From the human T2T-CHM13v2.0 reference genome, Homo sapiens, in assembly GCF_009914755.1 (NCBI RefSeq), contig NC_060925.1: a stretch of 64,000 nucleotides of DNA; one strand, written 5' to 3'. The notes below the pieces were generated by a model. The model was not told where the DNA came from. It was given only the letters and a program-made list of their open reading frames with translations, and made no database searches. The position numbers and the translations under genes are program-made. Shown here piece by piece: positions 15,561-28,641 of the stretch (positions are counted from its first letter, which is position 1; each line of letters begins with the position of its first letter).

Positions 15561-17919
15561 GTTACTTGGGAATGGCAAGATCAAAACTTCTCACTTTCAA
15601 ATTTATGAAAAATATTGTTTTCAGAACGAATGACTTTGGGATCAGAAAGCCACCATTCTAATTGATGGTTCCACGACTACACGGGCTCACACTCCCAAGA
15701 GCAAAAGTAAATCATCACAAAGGTGCTTCTTGATAATTCTAGAGAATGGAGAATTACTGTAACATCTTTCTGATTCTAGGAGAGGTAGCAGTTCCCTTTT
15801 TAGCCAAAACGCTATTTTTTTTGAAAGCTCAGCCAAGAGACTCCATTATAATTTTCAAATGTGTGTAACTTAAATTCTCATATGAAATACCACTATGCTT
15901 AAATTAGTCAAAACATTTTCCCCATCTACAACTCTATCTTGTCATTGCAATCATGTTCACAAAAGTGACTGCAGCTCACAGACCCTAAAAAGGAGAAAAT
16001 CCAGGGTAGGTTTTCTGATCTAGTTAGTTTCGAAGACAGGATCTAGAGATTATTTAATATGAAATAGGTCACCTGAAATGAAGTGTTTACTGAAAACAGC
16101 TTGGATCTGCCCAGTTTTCTACCACTGAACCATGCATTTGGTTTAAAAAACACAACAACTCTGGGGAATATCGGCTGCTTCCAACTGTGTTGAAGGTGTT
16201 AAAGAAAAGAGCATAAAATTAAAAATGATCATCTGAGGCCTTTATAGTCTCTGCTCAAGAGACAAGAGTCTTCCATTCTTAACAAAACACCCAAATATCT
16301 TAATAATTGGGCAAAATCTAAATATCAGAGATAATTTTATCTGGAAGATTGTTAAATTATAATGGTGATTCACTACCTCGCCACGTCTCTGAGTCAAAAA
16401 TTAGGTTTTTGTTTAGGAATCAATGGTACTCTGCAACTTGGAAATAGGAAGATTTTAGAAGACTCAAACATTGACTTTCTTGTGTGCAAAAAAAAAGACA
16501 TATTGAGATAAGACAAGTCTTTCCTTGCAAGGATACCTCTAATGCTCATACACCACCTCCCCTAACATTAATACAGCTTCCAGGTCACTAACCAGTGTCA
16601 GAGAGCAGCCCATGCAACTAGAAATTCAAAAGATGTCGAACATAGGGTCAAGCCTAGAATAAGAAGTCTTAGCTAATTAAGTATGCTTTTTTCCTGAAAT
16701 TCATATTAACAAAAACTTGGACATGTCAGAGAATGCATTCTAAGTTCACTCAACCTAGGAGGGAGAAACATAATTTTAAATTAAGAGCTGAAGCATTCTT
16801 GTCCTAACACAAAGCAAGGAAAACGAAATATCACACCACAGGAGGGATTTCACAAATTAGTGTCAACATCAAAACCTTAAAATAGGCAAGGAGAATGCAG
16901 ATTCACAATGAACTCCTGTACTTGTTTTGTTCAGAGAAGAGATGGTTCTGAGAGAATGACAGTGAACCAACCCCAGCTGGTTTAGTTGGTGCTTTCAACT
17001 GCTGCTTCTGATCAACTCCTTTAGCTAGAATAAATTGATGAGGATTTTGGCATGTGGTATTAGAGATGGTTATTAATTTTTTCCTCTTATTTGCATTGTT
17101 CAATGTAGTAAATACTAGCTGCTACTTCAATTCAAATTAATTACAATGAAATATACTTAAATGTTGAATTTTTTAGTCACTGTTGGTTCATTATTGAATA
17201 TCTTCAGCTAAGATTTCCCATCTAAATACACTAAGAGGTGGCTTAGTTAACTGGTCGTCCACAAATATTGAAGCTGTTGTTAACTCCTGATATATTCTCT
17301 GCAAAGAGAATATTCATGAGCCTCCTCCTGAAATCAGCAGCCCAGAGATAGTTTTATAAATTGGATACAAGTTGGAAATCTATATACTCTTTCAGTTTTT
17401 GAAATATTAGCTTCCCAGGGAAGAAAATCAAATTCATAAGATATGTTAGGACAATTTAACTCAAGATGTTCAAAACTGAAATGACATGTTCTACAATATG
17501 TGATAAAACCAACCCCTAACAACTTAAAGCAAAACAGGGATTGACCTTAAAGACCTGCCTTTTCCTCATGCCCCAGCCAATCAGTTTTCAAATCTCGCAT
17601 TTTATTTTGAAAGGTCCTTATCCCCCGGTCTCTTGTTTCTAGACTTCGCACATATTTAAGTTTGTTACCTCTATCTACTGTCTTTTCTCTCTTCAAACAG
17701 TATCTATGCCTGCCAAATGTGAACATACAAAAAACAAATCAGAATATGCCATTCTGATTTAAACTGCTTATTAGTTAATACCCTCAAGATAACATCTGGG
17801 TTCTTAGCTGCAATGAGTCAAGCTTACTTACATCTTTTTTTCTCTTTGGCTGCACATTTCCTATCACATCACACTCCAGCAATACCAAGCTGTGCCGTCC
17901 TTCTACCCCATCTCCACTA

Positions 17920-20832
17920 TTTTGCCCCCCACCGCCGTGGCTTTTCGCCCCCCGCCGCCGCGGCTTTTTACCCCCCGCCGCCGTGGCTTTTTGCCCCCAC
18001 CCCGCCTCGGCTTTTTGCCCGCCGCGGCTTTGTTGTGACCTCCCTCGCCGCCGCGGCTTTATGTCCCCCCGCCGCCGTGGCTTTTTCCCCACGGCGGTTT
18101 TTTGCACCCCCCCCCCCCCCCGCCGCCTCGGGTTTATGCCCACCGCGGCTTTTTGCACCCCGCCGCCGCAGCTTTTTGTCCGCCGCGGCTTTTGCGCCCC
18201 CGCCGCCGAGGCTTTTTGTTGCCGCGGCTTTTTACCCGCTCCAGCTTTTTGCCCCACCGCCGCCGCGGGTTTTTGCCCGCCCCGGCTTATTGCCCGCCCC
18301 CAGCTTTTTGCCCCCACGGCGCCGCGGGGTTTTGCCCGCCCCGGCTTTTTGCCCACCCCCGCCCCCGCGGCTTTTTGTTCCCCGCCACCACGGCTTTTTG
18401 CCGGTCACGGCTTTTTGCCCCCCCGCCACCGCAGCTTTTTGCCCCCCCGCCACCGCGGCTTTTTGACCCCAACGCCGCGGCTTTTTCCCCCACGCCGCCG
18501 CCCCTTTCTGCCCGCCACGGCTTTTTCCCCCGCGCCGCCGTGGCTTTTTGCCCGACCCGGCTTTTTGCCCGACCCGGCTTTTTACCCCCCCGCCGGTGCC
18601 GCACTTATTTGCCCGCAGCGGCTTTTTGCACCCCCGCCGCCGCGGCTTTCTGCCCGCTGCGGATTTTTGCACCCCGCCGCCATGGCTTTCTGCCCACCGC
18701 GGCTGTTTGCCCCCCGCCCCCACAGCTTTCTGCCCACCGCGGCTTTTTGCCCCCTGCTGCCGCGGCTTTTTGCCTCCACGGCTTTTTGCCAGACCCGGCT
18801 TTTTGCCCCCTGCCGCCGCGGTTTTTTGCCGGCCGCGGCTTTTTGCCCCCCGCCCCCAGGACTTTCTGCCCGCCGCGGCTTTTTGCCCCCTGCCACTGCG
18901 GCTTTTTTTGCCTCCGCGGCTTTTTGCCGCCGCGGCTTTTTGCCCCCCCCCCGCCGCCGTGGCTTTTTGCCGCCGCGGCTTTTTCCCCCCCGCCGACGCG
19001 ACTTTTTGCCCGCCCCGGCTTTTTGCCCCCCAGCCACCGCGGCTTTTTGCCCCCCCCCCCCCGCCGCCGCCGCGGCTTTTTGCCCCCCCCCCGCCACCGC
19101 GGCTTTTTGCCCGCCGCAGCTTTTTACCCCCTGCCGCCGCGGCTTTTTGCTTGACCCAGCTTTTTGCTCCTCCCACCGCTGCCGCTTTTTGCCCGCCCCG
19201 GCTTTTTGCCCCCCACCCGCCCCGGTGCCGCGGTTATTTGCCCGTCGCGGCTTTTTGCACCCCCGTCGCCGCGGCTTTTTGCCCCTCTTCCGCCGCGGCT
19301 TTTTCCCCGCCCCGGCTTTTTGCCCCGCCGCCGCCGCGGCGTTTTGCCCCCCGCCGCCGCGGCGTTTTGCCCCCCGCCGCCGCCGCGGCGTTTTGCCCGC
19401 CGCCGCCGCGGCGTTTTGCGCGCCTCGCCTTTTTGTCCCCCCGCCGCCGCGGCTTTTTCCCCGCCCCGGCTTTCTGCCCGCCTCTGCTTTCTGCCCCCCG
19501 CCCCCACGGCTTTCTGCCCGCCGCGGCTTTTTGCCCCCGCCGCCGCGGCTTTTTGCCCCCTGCCGCCGCGGCTTTTTGCATCCCCGCCGCCGTGGCTTTT
19601 TGCCTCCGCGGCTTTTTGCCCGACCCGGCTTTTTGACCCCCCCGCCGCCGCTGCTTTTTGCATCCCCGCCGCCGTGGCTTTTTGCCCGCCGCGGCTCTTT
19701 CCCCCCACCGCCGCGGCTTTTTGTCGCCGCGGCTTTTTGCCAGCCGAGGCTTTTTATCCTACGCCGCCGCGGCTTTTTGCCCGACCCGGCTTTTTGCTCC
19801 CCCGCCGCCGCGACTTTTTCACCCCCGCCGCCGTGGCTTTTTGCCGCCCCGGTGCCGCGGTTATTTGCCCGTCGCGGCTTTTTGCACCCCCGTCGCCGCG
19901 GCTTTTTGCCCCCTGCTGCCGCGGCTTTTTGCTCGACCCGGCTTTTTGCCCCCCCCCCCACCGCCGCGGCTTTTTCACCCCCGCCGCCGCGGCTTTTTGC
20001 CCCCCCCGGTGCCGCGGTTATTTGCCCGTCGCGGCTTTTTGCACCCCCGTCGCCGCGACTTTTTGTCCCCCTGCCGCCGCGGCTTTTTGTCCCCCTGCCG
20101 CCGCGGCTTTTTGCCCCCCTGCCGCCGCGACTTTTTGCCGCCGCGACTTTTTGCCTCCGCGGCTTTTTGCCCGACCCGGCTTTTTGCCCCGCCGCCGCGG
20201 CTTTTTGCATCCCCGCCGCCGCCGTGGTTTTTTGTCGCCGCGGCTTTTTGCCCCCCCGCCGCCGCGGCTTTTCGCCCCCCACGGCTTTTGCCTCCCCGCT
20301 GCCACAGCTTTTTGCCCCCCGCCGCCGCGACTTTTTGCCCCCCTGCCCCCCCGGATTTTTCCCCCCTGCGGACGCGGCTTTTTGTCGCCCCTCCCCCACC
20401 CCTCCCCCCCTGCCGCCGCGGCTTTTTACCCCCCGCCGCCGCGGCTTGTTGCCGGCTGCGGCTTTTTGCCCCCCCCCCCCCCCGCCACTGTGGCTTTTTG
20501 CGTCTTTGTGCCCCCGCCGCCGTGGCTTTTTGCCCGCGCCACCACTGCTTTTTGCACCTTTTTGCCCCCGCCGCCGCGGCTATTTGCCCCCCGCCGCCGC
20601 GACGTTATATGGTTTTTTGCTCCCACTGCTTTTTGCCTCCGCCACCGCGGCTTTTTGCCCCCCCACCACCGCAGCCTTTTGCGCGTCTCGGCTTTTTGCC
20701 CCACCAGCGCCGCGGCTGTTTGCCCCCTGCCACCACGGCTTTTTCCCCGCCGCGGCTTTTTGCCCCCCCTCGCCGCCTCGGGTTTATGCCCGCCGCGGCT
20801 TTTTGCCCCCCGCCGCCGCGGCTTTTTGCCCC
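17920..20832. repeat. GC-rich pericentromeric GCTTTTTGC (CAAAAAG-type) tandem array
   Basis: More than 100 degenerate 16-24 bp units GCCGCGGCTTTTTGCCCCC; CpG-dense, C-rich + strand. Confidence 0.95.
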
Positions 20833-22435
20833 ATGGCCATCCTCAGAAGTGTGAGTGGAACAGAGTGAAGGGAAAGCTGTTTTCTTCGAAAGCTCAAAAA
20901 TCTTGAACTTTCAAATAGGGATAAGTGTTATTTTTGCTCCAAGCACACATTTGAGAAATCTTCCATTTAGCGGATCTGATGATAAACCCACATTTTTGTT
21001 TGTTTTAATCTGAAAATGTATTTGTATGGTTCTTGGAAATATTTTTTTCATATAAAATTATAGTGTATCAGCTTATTTCAAGTTTTATTTACCATTTGAT
21101 AATTACTCCTAAAATGTCATTGATTAAAGAATCATCTATTGCTCCAACTGCCCTTTACTAAAGGTAATTTGTCTTTTTAACCTCATCAGGCTCCTTTTAA
21201 GCTCTCAAACTGACCTTTTTTTTTTTTACAGATTCAATGCATTAAGTCAATTTATTACTTATGATGAATTTATTTATGTATTTATTTTCGCTAACACAAG
21301 TAGAAAAAGCCTATAAGTTGCTATGCCAAAAACCTGCCTCTAGATGGCAAACAAACCCCGCAATACACAAAAGAGAGCCAAATTCTTAGAAACCCTGGGA
21401 AAGGAAGAGGGCTACTGTCCCATTAACAACTTGGAGCCCTTAAGGCAAGAATGAGGTGGAACATCTGGAACATCTGGGAGGAGACACAAGGGTGCGGAGT
21501 AGTGGGGAACCTGCTCTGTGCTCTGAGACTGAAAGCCCAGCCTTGCCTCTCACCGCTGCCTTGACTGTGTCCCCATCTGCTGTGAAGTGAATGGTGTCTT
21601 CTAAATTCGTGCTGAGCCCTAATTGCTGAAAACTGTAAGACATGCAATGGGGGGATTATGTGCATCTTCCCGACACCAACATGATGCTCAGGAAGGAGAC
21701 TTCTTGTTTTCTCTTAGGATTCTTTTACTAACCAAGATTTTGCCTCTACTGCATATTTCCCTTTGCTGATTGTCCCTCCCTTTTGACAGAAGATGGCCCA
21801 GGGCATTCACTACTAAGTCTCAACCTCTTACCCAAAGCCCTCAGTCTAGTGTTGCTCTTTCTTTCGTGCTATTTTTGTTTCTTTCTTTTCTTGTAATCAT
21901 CTTGGCAATAAAATAATCAGTTTTTTCTTTCTACCTATTAAAGATGTTACCTTAGTTAATTACAGGGGTTTCCTTCAGAATGATAAATGGTCTTTCAAAA
22001 TGATGTAAAGAGATCTAAATCCGTGTGCTCCAGAACTTGAATGAAGCTCTGTCTAGCACGGGTGCCAGTGACTCTCCCAAAGTGCTCCATGCAGCTGGAC
22101 CCACAGAGTCCCTCTGTGCTGTCATATCACCCACTGCCTTCTGTGAATGAGATATTCTGATTAGAATCCTGGTGGATGCTATTTGAGCCAGTGCCCCCAC
22201 AACTCCTATGAAAGCTGAGGACCACAGGCCCCTGAAGACAATCACAGGTCTCTAGACTCACAGCTCATGACCGTCCTCTGCAGACACAGCTTCTCCCCGG
22301 ATGGCTGAGGGTTGTCATTGGCTGTGTCCTTCCTTGTGCATGACAACAGGAGACATAGAAGGTCTGTAAGCAGCCCTGCAAGCCAGGTTCTGAGCAAGCC
22401 CTCCTGTGTGGGGCCCTCTTACCTGGACATAGGTG

Positions 22436-23284
22436 TGTAAACCAAAAATGAAACTCTAAGCTCCCTAACCAACTGAATGAACTCCTCCTCTCAGCCAAGC
22501 ACACACCAAAATCAACCTGAAATACAATGCAGCCCATGATCGGAACGGATGATTGGATATGCCTTAACTTACCCTCTTCCCTTTAAAATTCAGGCACAAC
22601 TGACCAGCTTTTAATATGAAGACAGAGACCTTGAGACTGACAAAGAAAACTCTTTATAGCAATAAGATACCAATGTGACAGATACCACGTCCTAAGAGAA
22701 ATCAAAGTATTTTCCCCAAGATATTGTTATTTAATGTATTGAAAAATGCCTCTGCAAAGCTGGTTCTTGTGGGAAAAATCTACATTCTGTAGAGACTCCT
22801 TTTTAAGTCTCTTTCCTGACCCAGAGAGATTTAACTAAGAGTTTGGCACCTTTTAAGTCTACTAAGAAACAATTACAATCTATTCTCTCTGAAGCCTGCT
22901 ACCTGGAGGCTCCATCTGCATGATGCAACCTTGGCTCCAAAACCCTTTTTCTAAACCCAGAAACTCCCTTGTGTTGATTACAGGTCATTAGATAAACTCT
23001 TTCAACCACCTATGAAATCTTTGAATCCACCTATAACCTGGAAGTCCCCAACATCCCCCCTCCTTCGGGCTGTCCTGCCTTTTCATGTCAAAGCAATGTA
23101 CAGCTTACACGTATTGATTGATATCTTATGTCTCCCTAAAACGTGTAAAACCAACCTGTAGCCCGACGACCTTTGACACACGTTCTCAAGACCTCCTGAG
23201 GCTGTTTCACTGATATTTCTTTAACTTTGACCAAGTAAATTTCTAAACTGATTGAGACTTTTCTCAGATACTTATTTGTTTATA
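22436..23284 (+). mobile_element. MER4-family ERV1 solo LTR
   Basis: Starts TGTAAACCAAAAATGAAACTCTAAG, ends TCTCAGATACTTATTTGTTTATA; flanks GGTG/GGTA fit a decayed 4-bp TSD. Confidence 0.85.
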
Positions 23285-23359
23285 GGTATCACTGGATACA
23301 CTTAAGGAATTGAAGAGATTTATGACATTGAGAAAAGGAGGAAGCCAGGGTGTGTGGAC

Positions 23360-23361
<2 letters not shown>

Positions 23362-23398
<37 letters not shown>
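23362..23398. repeat. (AG)n microsatellite
   Basis: ~18 perfect AG units. Confidence 0.95.
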
Positions 23399-23402
<4 letters not shown>

Positions 23403-23445
23403 GATGTATGTACAGGACTAACACTGAGACCTGGTTATGTAATGG

Positions 23446-23908
23446 TGTAGTACTGAGTATCATCCCCAAATAGTGAGGTTTCATTCCATGAAGACTATGC
23501 ATGTATCTCATTTGGGAAAACAGCTTTTGCAGGTGTAAATTAAGGAGCTTGAAACAGGGAGATGGTCTTAGATTAATCAACTGGGACTTAAATGCAAACT
23601 CAAGTGTCCTAAAAAAAACAAGAGGTAGAGAGACATTTAGCATAGACTGAAGTGGAGAAGGCAGTGTGAACACAGAGACAGAGATTGCAGTGATGTGTCC
23701 ACATCCCGGGAGAGAGAAGCCACCAGAAGCTGGAAGAGCTAAATCAGACTGCTTCCTAGAGCTTCAGAAGGAGCCAGAACTGATGACTCCAAGATCTTAG
23801 CCCAGTGAAACTGATCTGGACTTCTGAACTATGAGAGATTCCATTCCTGTTGTTTGAAGCTACCACATTTTTGAGAACTTGTTACAGTAGCCCGAGGACA
23901 CTAACACA
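23446..23908 (+). mobile_element. MLT1C-like MaLR LTR
   Basis: TTTGCAGGTGTAAATTAAGG..GCCACCAGAAGCTGGAAGAG..TTGTTACAGTAGCCC..ACTAACACA. Confidence 0.75.
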
Positions 23909-24229
23909 AATGGGCTCCGGGAAAATCCAGACTAAAGGTGTTGTGTTGGTTTGCAATCTCCTTGCTTAACTTTCTGATACTAGACGTAAATAGATTGGTG
24001 AAAAATTTTGTGATTGAAGAAATGTACATGAAACCTACAGTGTACAGAGAAGCATCTGTTAGTTATAAGATAAATACTGATAATTTTAGTTGAAAATGAC
24101 ATATGACTGTTAATATCTCACATAACATTCTGAGTTACTCAAGAATGCATAAAAGAGGCACTAGATACTCTTCTCATGTATGTGTGTGTGTCTGTCTATA
24201 CATGTATGTACACTTCATGGTGCATCAGC

Positions 24230-24385
24230 TGGCGGAACCCTCAGGACACCCCTTCACATCCTCAGTGCCCCATTTCACACATGAGGAAACTGTTCATGAC
24301 AGCACATGGCTGATTTGCATAAAAGTCACTTGGTCAGCAGTTGTCGAAGCTGAAATTGGAATCTAGGTCTGTCTGACCTTAACTT
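24230..24385 (-). mobile_element. MIR fragment
   Basis: CCCCATTTCACACATGAGGAAACTG..GATTTGC..AAGTCAC MIR core. Confidence 0.55.
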
Positions 24386-24697
24386 ATGTTCCTTCCACAG
24401 AGCCACGTTCATTCCATAGAGGGACCCACCACCTATAAAACCAGAAAAGAGACAAAGCCAGAAGTGCAGGGTGGATTTCTTAACACAAGCTCACTGCGAC
24501 CTCTAGTCCTCATCACGCTGACACTAAGCTTAAACCCAGACCCTTCTACAGTTTTGTCTACAAAGCACAATTGCCCAAAGCCTTTACAAACACCAACAGC
24601 CTTTCTTTCAGATATGGCAGCAGGGTCACATCTTACACGGCCCTGACCACATTTTGTCTCCTCTGCCATCCCCATCTCTCTGACTCAGTCCTCGCTT

Positions 24698-25046
24698 GCA
24701 GCCATGAAAAAGGATGAGTTCATGTCCTTTGTAGGGACATGGATGAAGCTGGAAACCATCATTCTCAGCAAACTATCGCAAGGACAAAAAACCAATCACT
24801 GCATGTTCTCACTCATAGGTGGGAATTGAACAATGAGAACACTTGGACACAGGAAGGGGAATATCACACACCGGGGACTGTTGTGGGGTGTGGGGAGGGG
24901 GGAGGGATAGCATTAGGAGATATACCTAATGTAAATGACGAGTTAATGGGTGCAGCGCACCAACATGGCACATGTATACATATGTAACAAACCTGCATGT
25001 TGTGCACATGTAACCTAGAACTTAACAATAATAATAATAATAAAAA
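24698..25046 (+). mobile_element. L1PA 3' end (5'-truncated)
   Basis: GATGAGTTCATGTCCTTTGTAGGGACATGGATGAAGCTGG..GGGGGAGGGATAGCATTAGGAGATATACC; A-rich tail. Confidence 0.92.
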
Positions 25047-25349
25047 GAATGGGTCTTGTACATCCAATTTGCCCTACGAATGTTAAAACAGCAAACCCGC
25101 ATCCCCTTCCTCTTCTCATGTGCTGTGAGAGATGACCTCCAGGCTCTCAGATACCAAGATTGTACAAGACCTAACCCAGAGAATTACTCAAGACACTTTC
25201 TACGTAAGAAGAATTGTGGTACTAGCTCTCCTCATAGAAAAATGTTTTCTGTCTCTTGTTGAAATTGACAGCAAACACAAAAACACAGAACTACTTGGGA
25301 GAACAGAGGACAGTGATACACTAGGGAAGTAAAACACACCCCTTCCCCT

Positions 25350-25810
25350 TGCATTGGTTTCCTGTTGCTGCTGTAACAAATTACCACAACTTTACTGCTC
25401 CACATCACACAAGTGTATTATCTTACATTTCTGGAGGTCAGAAGTCTCAATGAAGTAAAATCAAGGAGTAATAGGGCTCTATTCATTCTAGGCTTCAAGA
25501 GAGAGAATCCAATGTCGAGCATTCCATCTTTCTGATGTTCCCACATTCCTAGCAGCATGGCCCCTTCCTCCATCACTCCAGTTTCCCTGTCCATTGTCCC
25601 AGGTCCTCTCTGGCTGTTACCTTCCTCCCTCCCTATTGTAAGGACCCTTGTGATTATGATGGTCTCACCCAGATAATTCAGGATATTCTCCTGACCTCAA
25701 AATTCTCAACCACGTCTGCCAAGTTATTTTTGACTTGTTCATAAGTAATGATCATAGATTCCAGATATTAGGACAATGATGTCTTTAGTGGGTGTATTAT
25801 TCATTCCACA
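25350..25810 (-). mobile_element. MLT1-family MaLR LTR
   Basis: TTTCCTGTTGCTGCTGTAACAAATTACCACAA..GTAAGGACCCTTGTGATTA..CACCCAGATAAT. Confidence 0.7.
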
Positions 25811-28008
25811 AACAACTCTCATCATCCACACAATGGCCTTCCCCTAAGGTAGAATAAAAATATCACAAGGCAGATTTATGAGGCGATCGACCTAGAAAAA
25901 ACATGAGACTCTAGGACTGTCTGATGTGTGGATGTCAAATCCTGGGAGATTCTGAGCCTCTGCTCTATGTGGACTCTATGTTGTGTAGCCATTTGTGGAA
26001 GGCTTCTGTGATTTTGTGACCTAGAGAAAACGAATCTCTGCTAAAATCAAATCTAAGAAAGATTGGCAAAGGGAATTTAAAGATTTCCTAAATTTTTGGA
26101 ATTTCCCTAGGCATTAAAACATGAGAAGTGGCAATAATTCAAACCAACGATGCCCTCCAAGAATGAGGATTTTTCCAATGCATTAGGTTGGGTCCCCTCA
26201 GTGAGAAGGATGCCAAAGATTCGCATGCAGGCAGTATATTTACAAAGTGCGGGAAACAAGCAAGTGAGCAAGGGAGGGGAGGAGGGAAAGGGAAAGTGAA
26301 AAGTGCCTCAGAAGGAGCCACCTCTGAGGATGACGAGCGCTCAAGCCCACATAGAAACACAGGAAAAATGCCTCTGTTATTCCACCTGAGAGGTGAGGGA
26401 GCTGGGGGATGTGTACACCTCCCTTGTCATCACTGATTGACAACCGTCCTAGGGGATGCTAATTCCAGGCCATGAGGTCTGCCTCATTTGCAGCCTGAGC
26501 TGCTTCCCCAGGTTCAGATAGAGCAGTGAAGGGGAGAAAGGGCCATAGAGAGTCAGCTGAAGTATAATGTCTAGAATCCCCAAGGCATAGTAACAATGAC
26601 TGCTAAAATTATGCACAAAGAAAAAGTGCATTTGAATCCAGAGATGTATCTCTCTGAATCTGGATATATGGATCCTGGCAGCCTGTTTGGTAGCCATTTC
26701 CCAGAAATCCAGTCCTCTGGAAAAGCAGGAGGAGGTTTGTGCATAGGCTGCACTACCTTGGTCTGGCCATGCGTAGTCGTGCATGAGAACTACTCCCTGG
26801 AGTATTTCTCAGTCCACTGACACTGATGTAATTGGCTCCACTTCCCCTGCTGTTGAGCCAGGCCGACACGCCCTGGGCAAAGGCATCTGTGTGAAGTATT
26901 GAGGTTCAAATCAGTGCTTAAGATATGTTTGGATGCAAAACACTTTTTCATCTACATGGGCAGTGTCTTGGCAGAGGATGGAGATTCTCTCTAAATGCAT
27001 GTGAGACAGGGTGGCTGGCATCTGGGTCAGGATGATGCCCTGGTGCATGGCAAGAACATGCCTTGTGCAGCAGCTGCCCTCGCTAAGGAGAGAGGCTCAC
27101 TGACCTGGCTTTTCCCCCTCACCTGCTCTCCAGAAAGCCAGACTCTAGGGCAGATGCTCCTGAGACCCCAGGAACAGGCTGGTGGGGAGCGCAGCTCAGA
27201 GCATTACTCAGGGGATGTGGCCTTTGTCATCCTACTTTGAAACAATTGACTATTTGAGCCTAGATTGATACAGGGCTTCAAGTTGATTTTAATCCAGGCT
27301 CCTATAGTCAGCGAGTGAAACAGAGATTTTAGTTGAAATAATGAGACCTGGTATTACTAGTCAGCTCTCCATGCTGGAGAACCATAAGAAATTATACCAA
27401 AGGCAGGAAAGGGGATAGAATATGGGGATCATCACACCAAGAATAAGGTGCAGCCCATTTAGCCCCTGGGTCTTAAAGAGACCCATAGCTCTGGATAATG
27501 GCAGATCTATGCGTGACACAGTTATCATCTTTGTGCATCTTCAGAGAATTGTTTTTCCTTTTACTCCTAGGGACAATGTCTTAAGTTTGTTAGTAAATTC
27601 TATTGAATTTATTAAAGATGCTTCTGATAAATTCTTTTTATATTCATTTCAAACAAGAAGCAATTTCACACTGACATTGTTATTATAGCACTAAATACTT
27701 TTACACTCATCAAATTCCTTTGAGACTAACTGAAATTTCTGACAGCCCCACATTCTACAACTTTATTGTAAATTTTCTGCCAAAAATGATGCTTTCCTAT
27801 ACACTCCTAATACAAGTATAAATATATTATTTAATCTAGTCTTAGGTTGATTTAAAATTTTGAAAATTCACTCCAAACATATGTTCTGTAACCATATGGC
27901 CACCAATGAGAAATGCATTCTTTCAAGGTAAATCTGTGCTGCCCTGGTTTGACCTGGGACTCTGGGGATACTGCGCCCCTGTGCTGAGTTACTGAGATGA
28001 GCCAGCCC

Positions 28009-28090
28009 TGCAGCTGTGCTCAGCCTGCCCCATCCCCTGCTGATTTGCCTGTTCCTAGAGCACAGCCCCCTGCCCTGAAGACTTTTTATA
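28009..28090 (+). promoter_or_regulatory. Ig Vk promoter: pentadecamer intact, octamer mutated, TATA-like box
   Basis: TGCAGCTGTGCTCAG 28009-28023; TGATTTGCCT 28041-28050 (consensus TNATTTGCAT); TTTTATA 28084-28090. Confidence 0.85.
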
Positions 28091-28136
28091 GGCTGGTCAC
28101 ACCCGGTGCAGGAGTCAGCCCCAGTCAGGACACAGC

Positions 28137-28613
28137 ACAGACATGAGGGCCCCCACTCAGCTCCTGGGGCTCCTGGTGCTCTGGCTGCCAGGTAAGGAAG
28201 GAGAACACTAGGATTATACTCAGTCAGTGTGCTCAGTACTGTCTGGAACTTCAGGGAAGTCCTCTGATAACATGATTAATTGCGACAATATTTGTTTTTA
28301 TGTTTCCAACTTCAGGTGCCAGATGTGACATCCAGATGACCCAGTCTCCATCCTCCCTGTCTGCATCTGTAGGAGACAGAGTCACCATCACTTGCCGGGC
28401 GAGTCAGGGCATTAGCAATAATTTAAATTGGTATCAGCAGAAACCAGGGAAAACTCCTAAGCTCCTGATCTATGCTGCATCCAGTCTGCAAAGTGGGATT
28501 CCCTCTCGGTTCAGTGACAGTGGATCTGGGGCAGACTACACTCTCACCATCCGCAGCCTGCAGCCTGAAGATTTTGCAACTTATTACTGTCAACAGAGTG
28601 ACAGTACCCCTCC
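28137..28613 (+). pseudogene. IGKV1OR: Ig kappa variable subgroup 1 orphon (IGKV1-39-like), unrearranged
   Basis: Leader exon 28143-28191 MRAPTQLLGLLVLWLP(G), with the usual first ATG at 28137 reading ACA; GT..AG intron 28192-28315; exon 28316-28613 [56 protein letters not shown] with both Cys and the Trp intact; no J or C in window. Exact orphon copy not identifiable by eye. Confidence 0.95.
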
Positions 28614-28641
28614 CACAGCGTTACAAGTCATAACATAATCC
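28614..28641 (+). promoter_or_regulatory. V(D)J 12-RSS (degenerate)
   Basis: Heptamer CACAGCG, 12-bp spacer TTACAAGTCATA, nonamer ACATAATCC. Confidence 0.9.

Noticed and set aside
17784-20906. Long ORFs of up to 961 aa rich in P/R/A/F/C or G/K/A
   Set aside because: Open in nearly all frames because the GC-rich repeat lacks stop codons; no domain and no splice structure
28137-28641. Functional IGK locus gene
   Set aside because: Solitary V with no other V, J or C in 64 kb, satellite context, and mutated octamer, start codon and RSS
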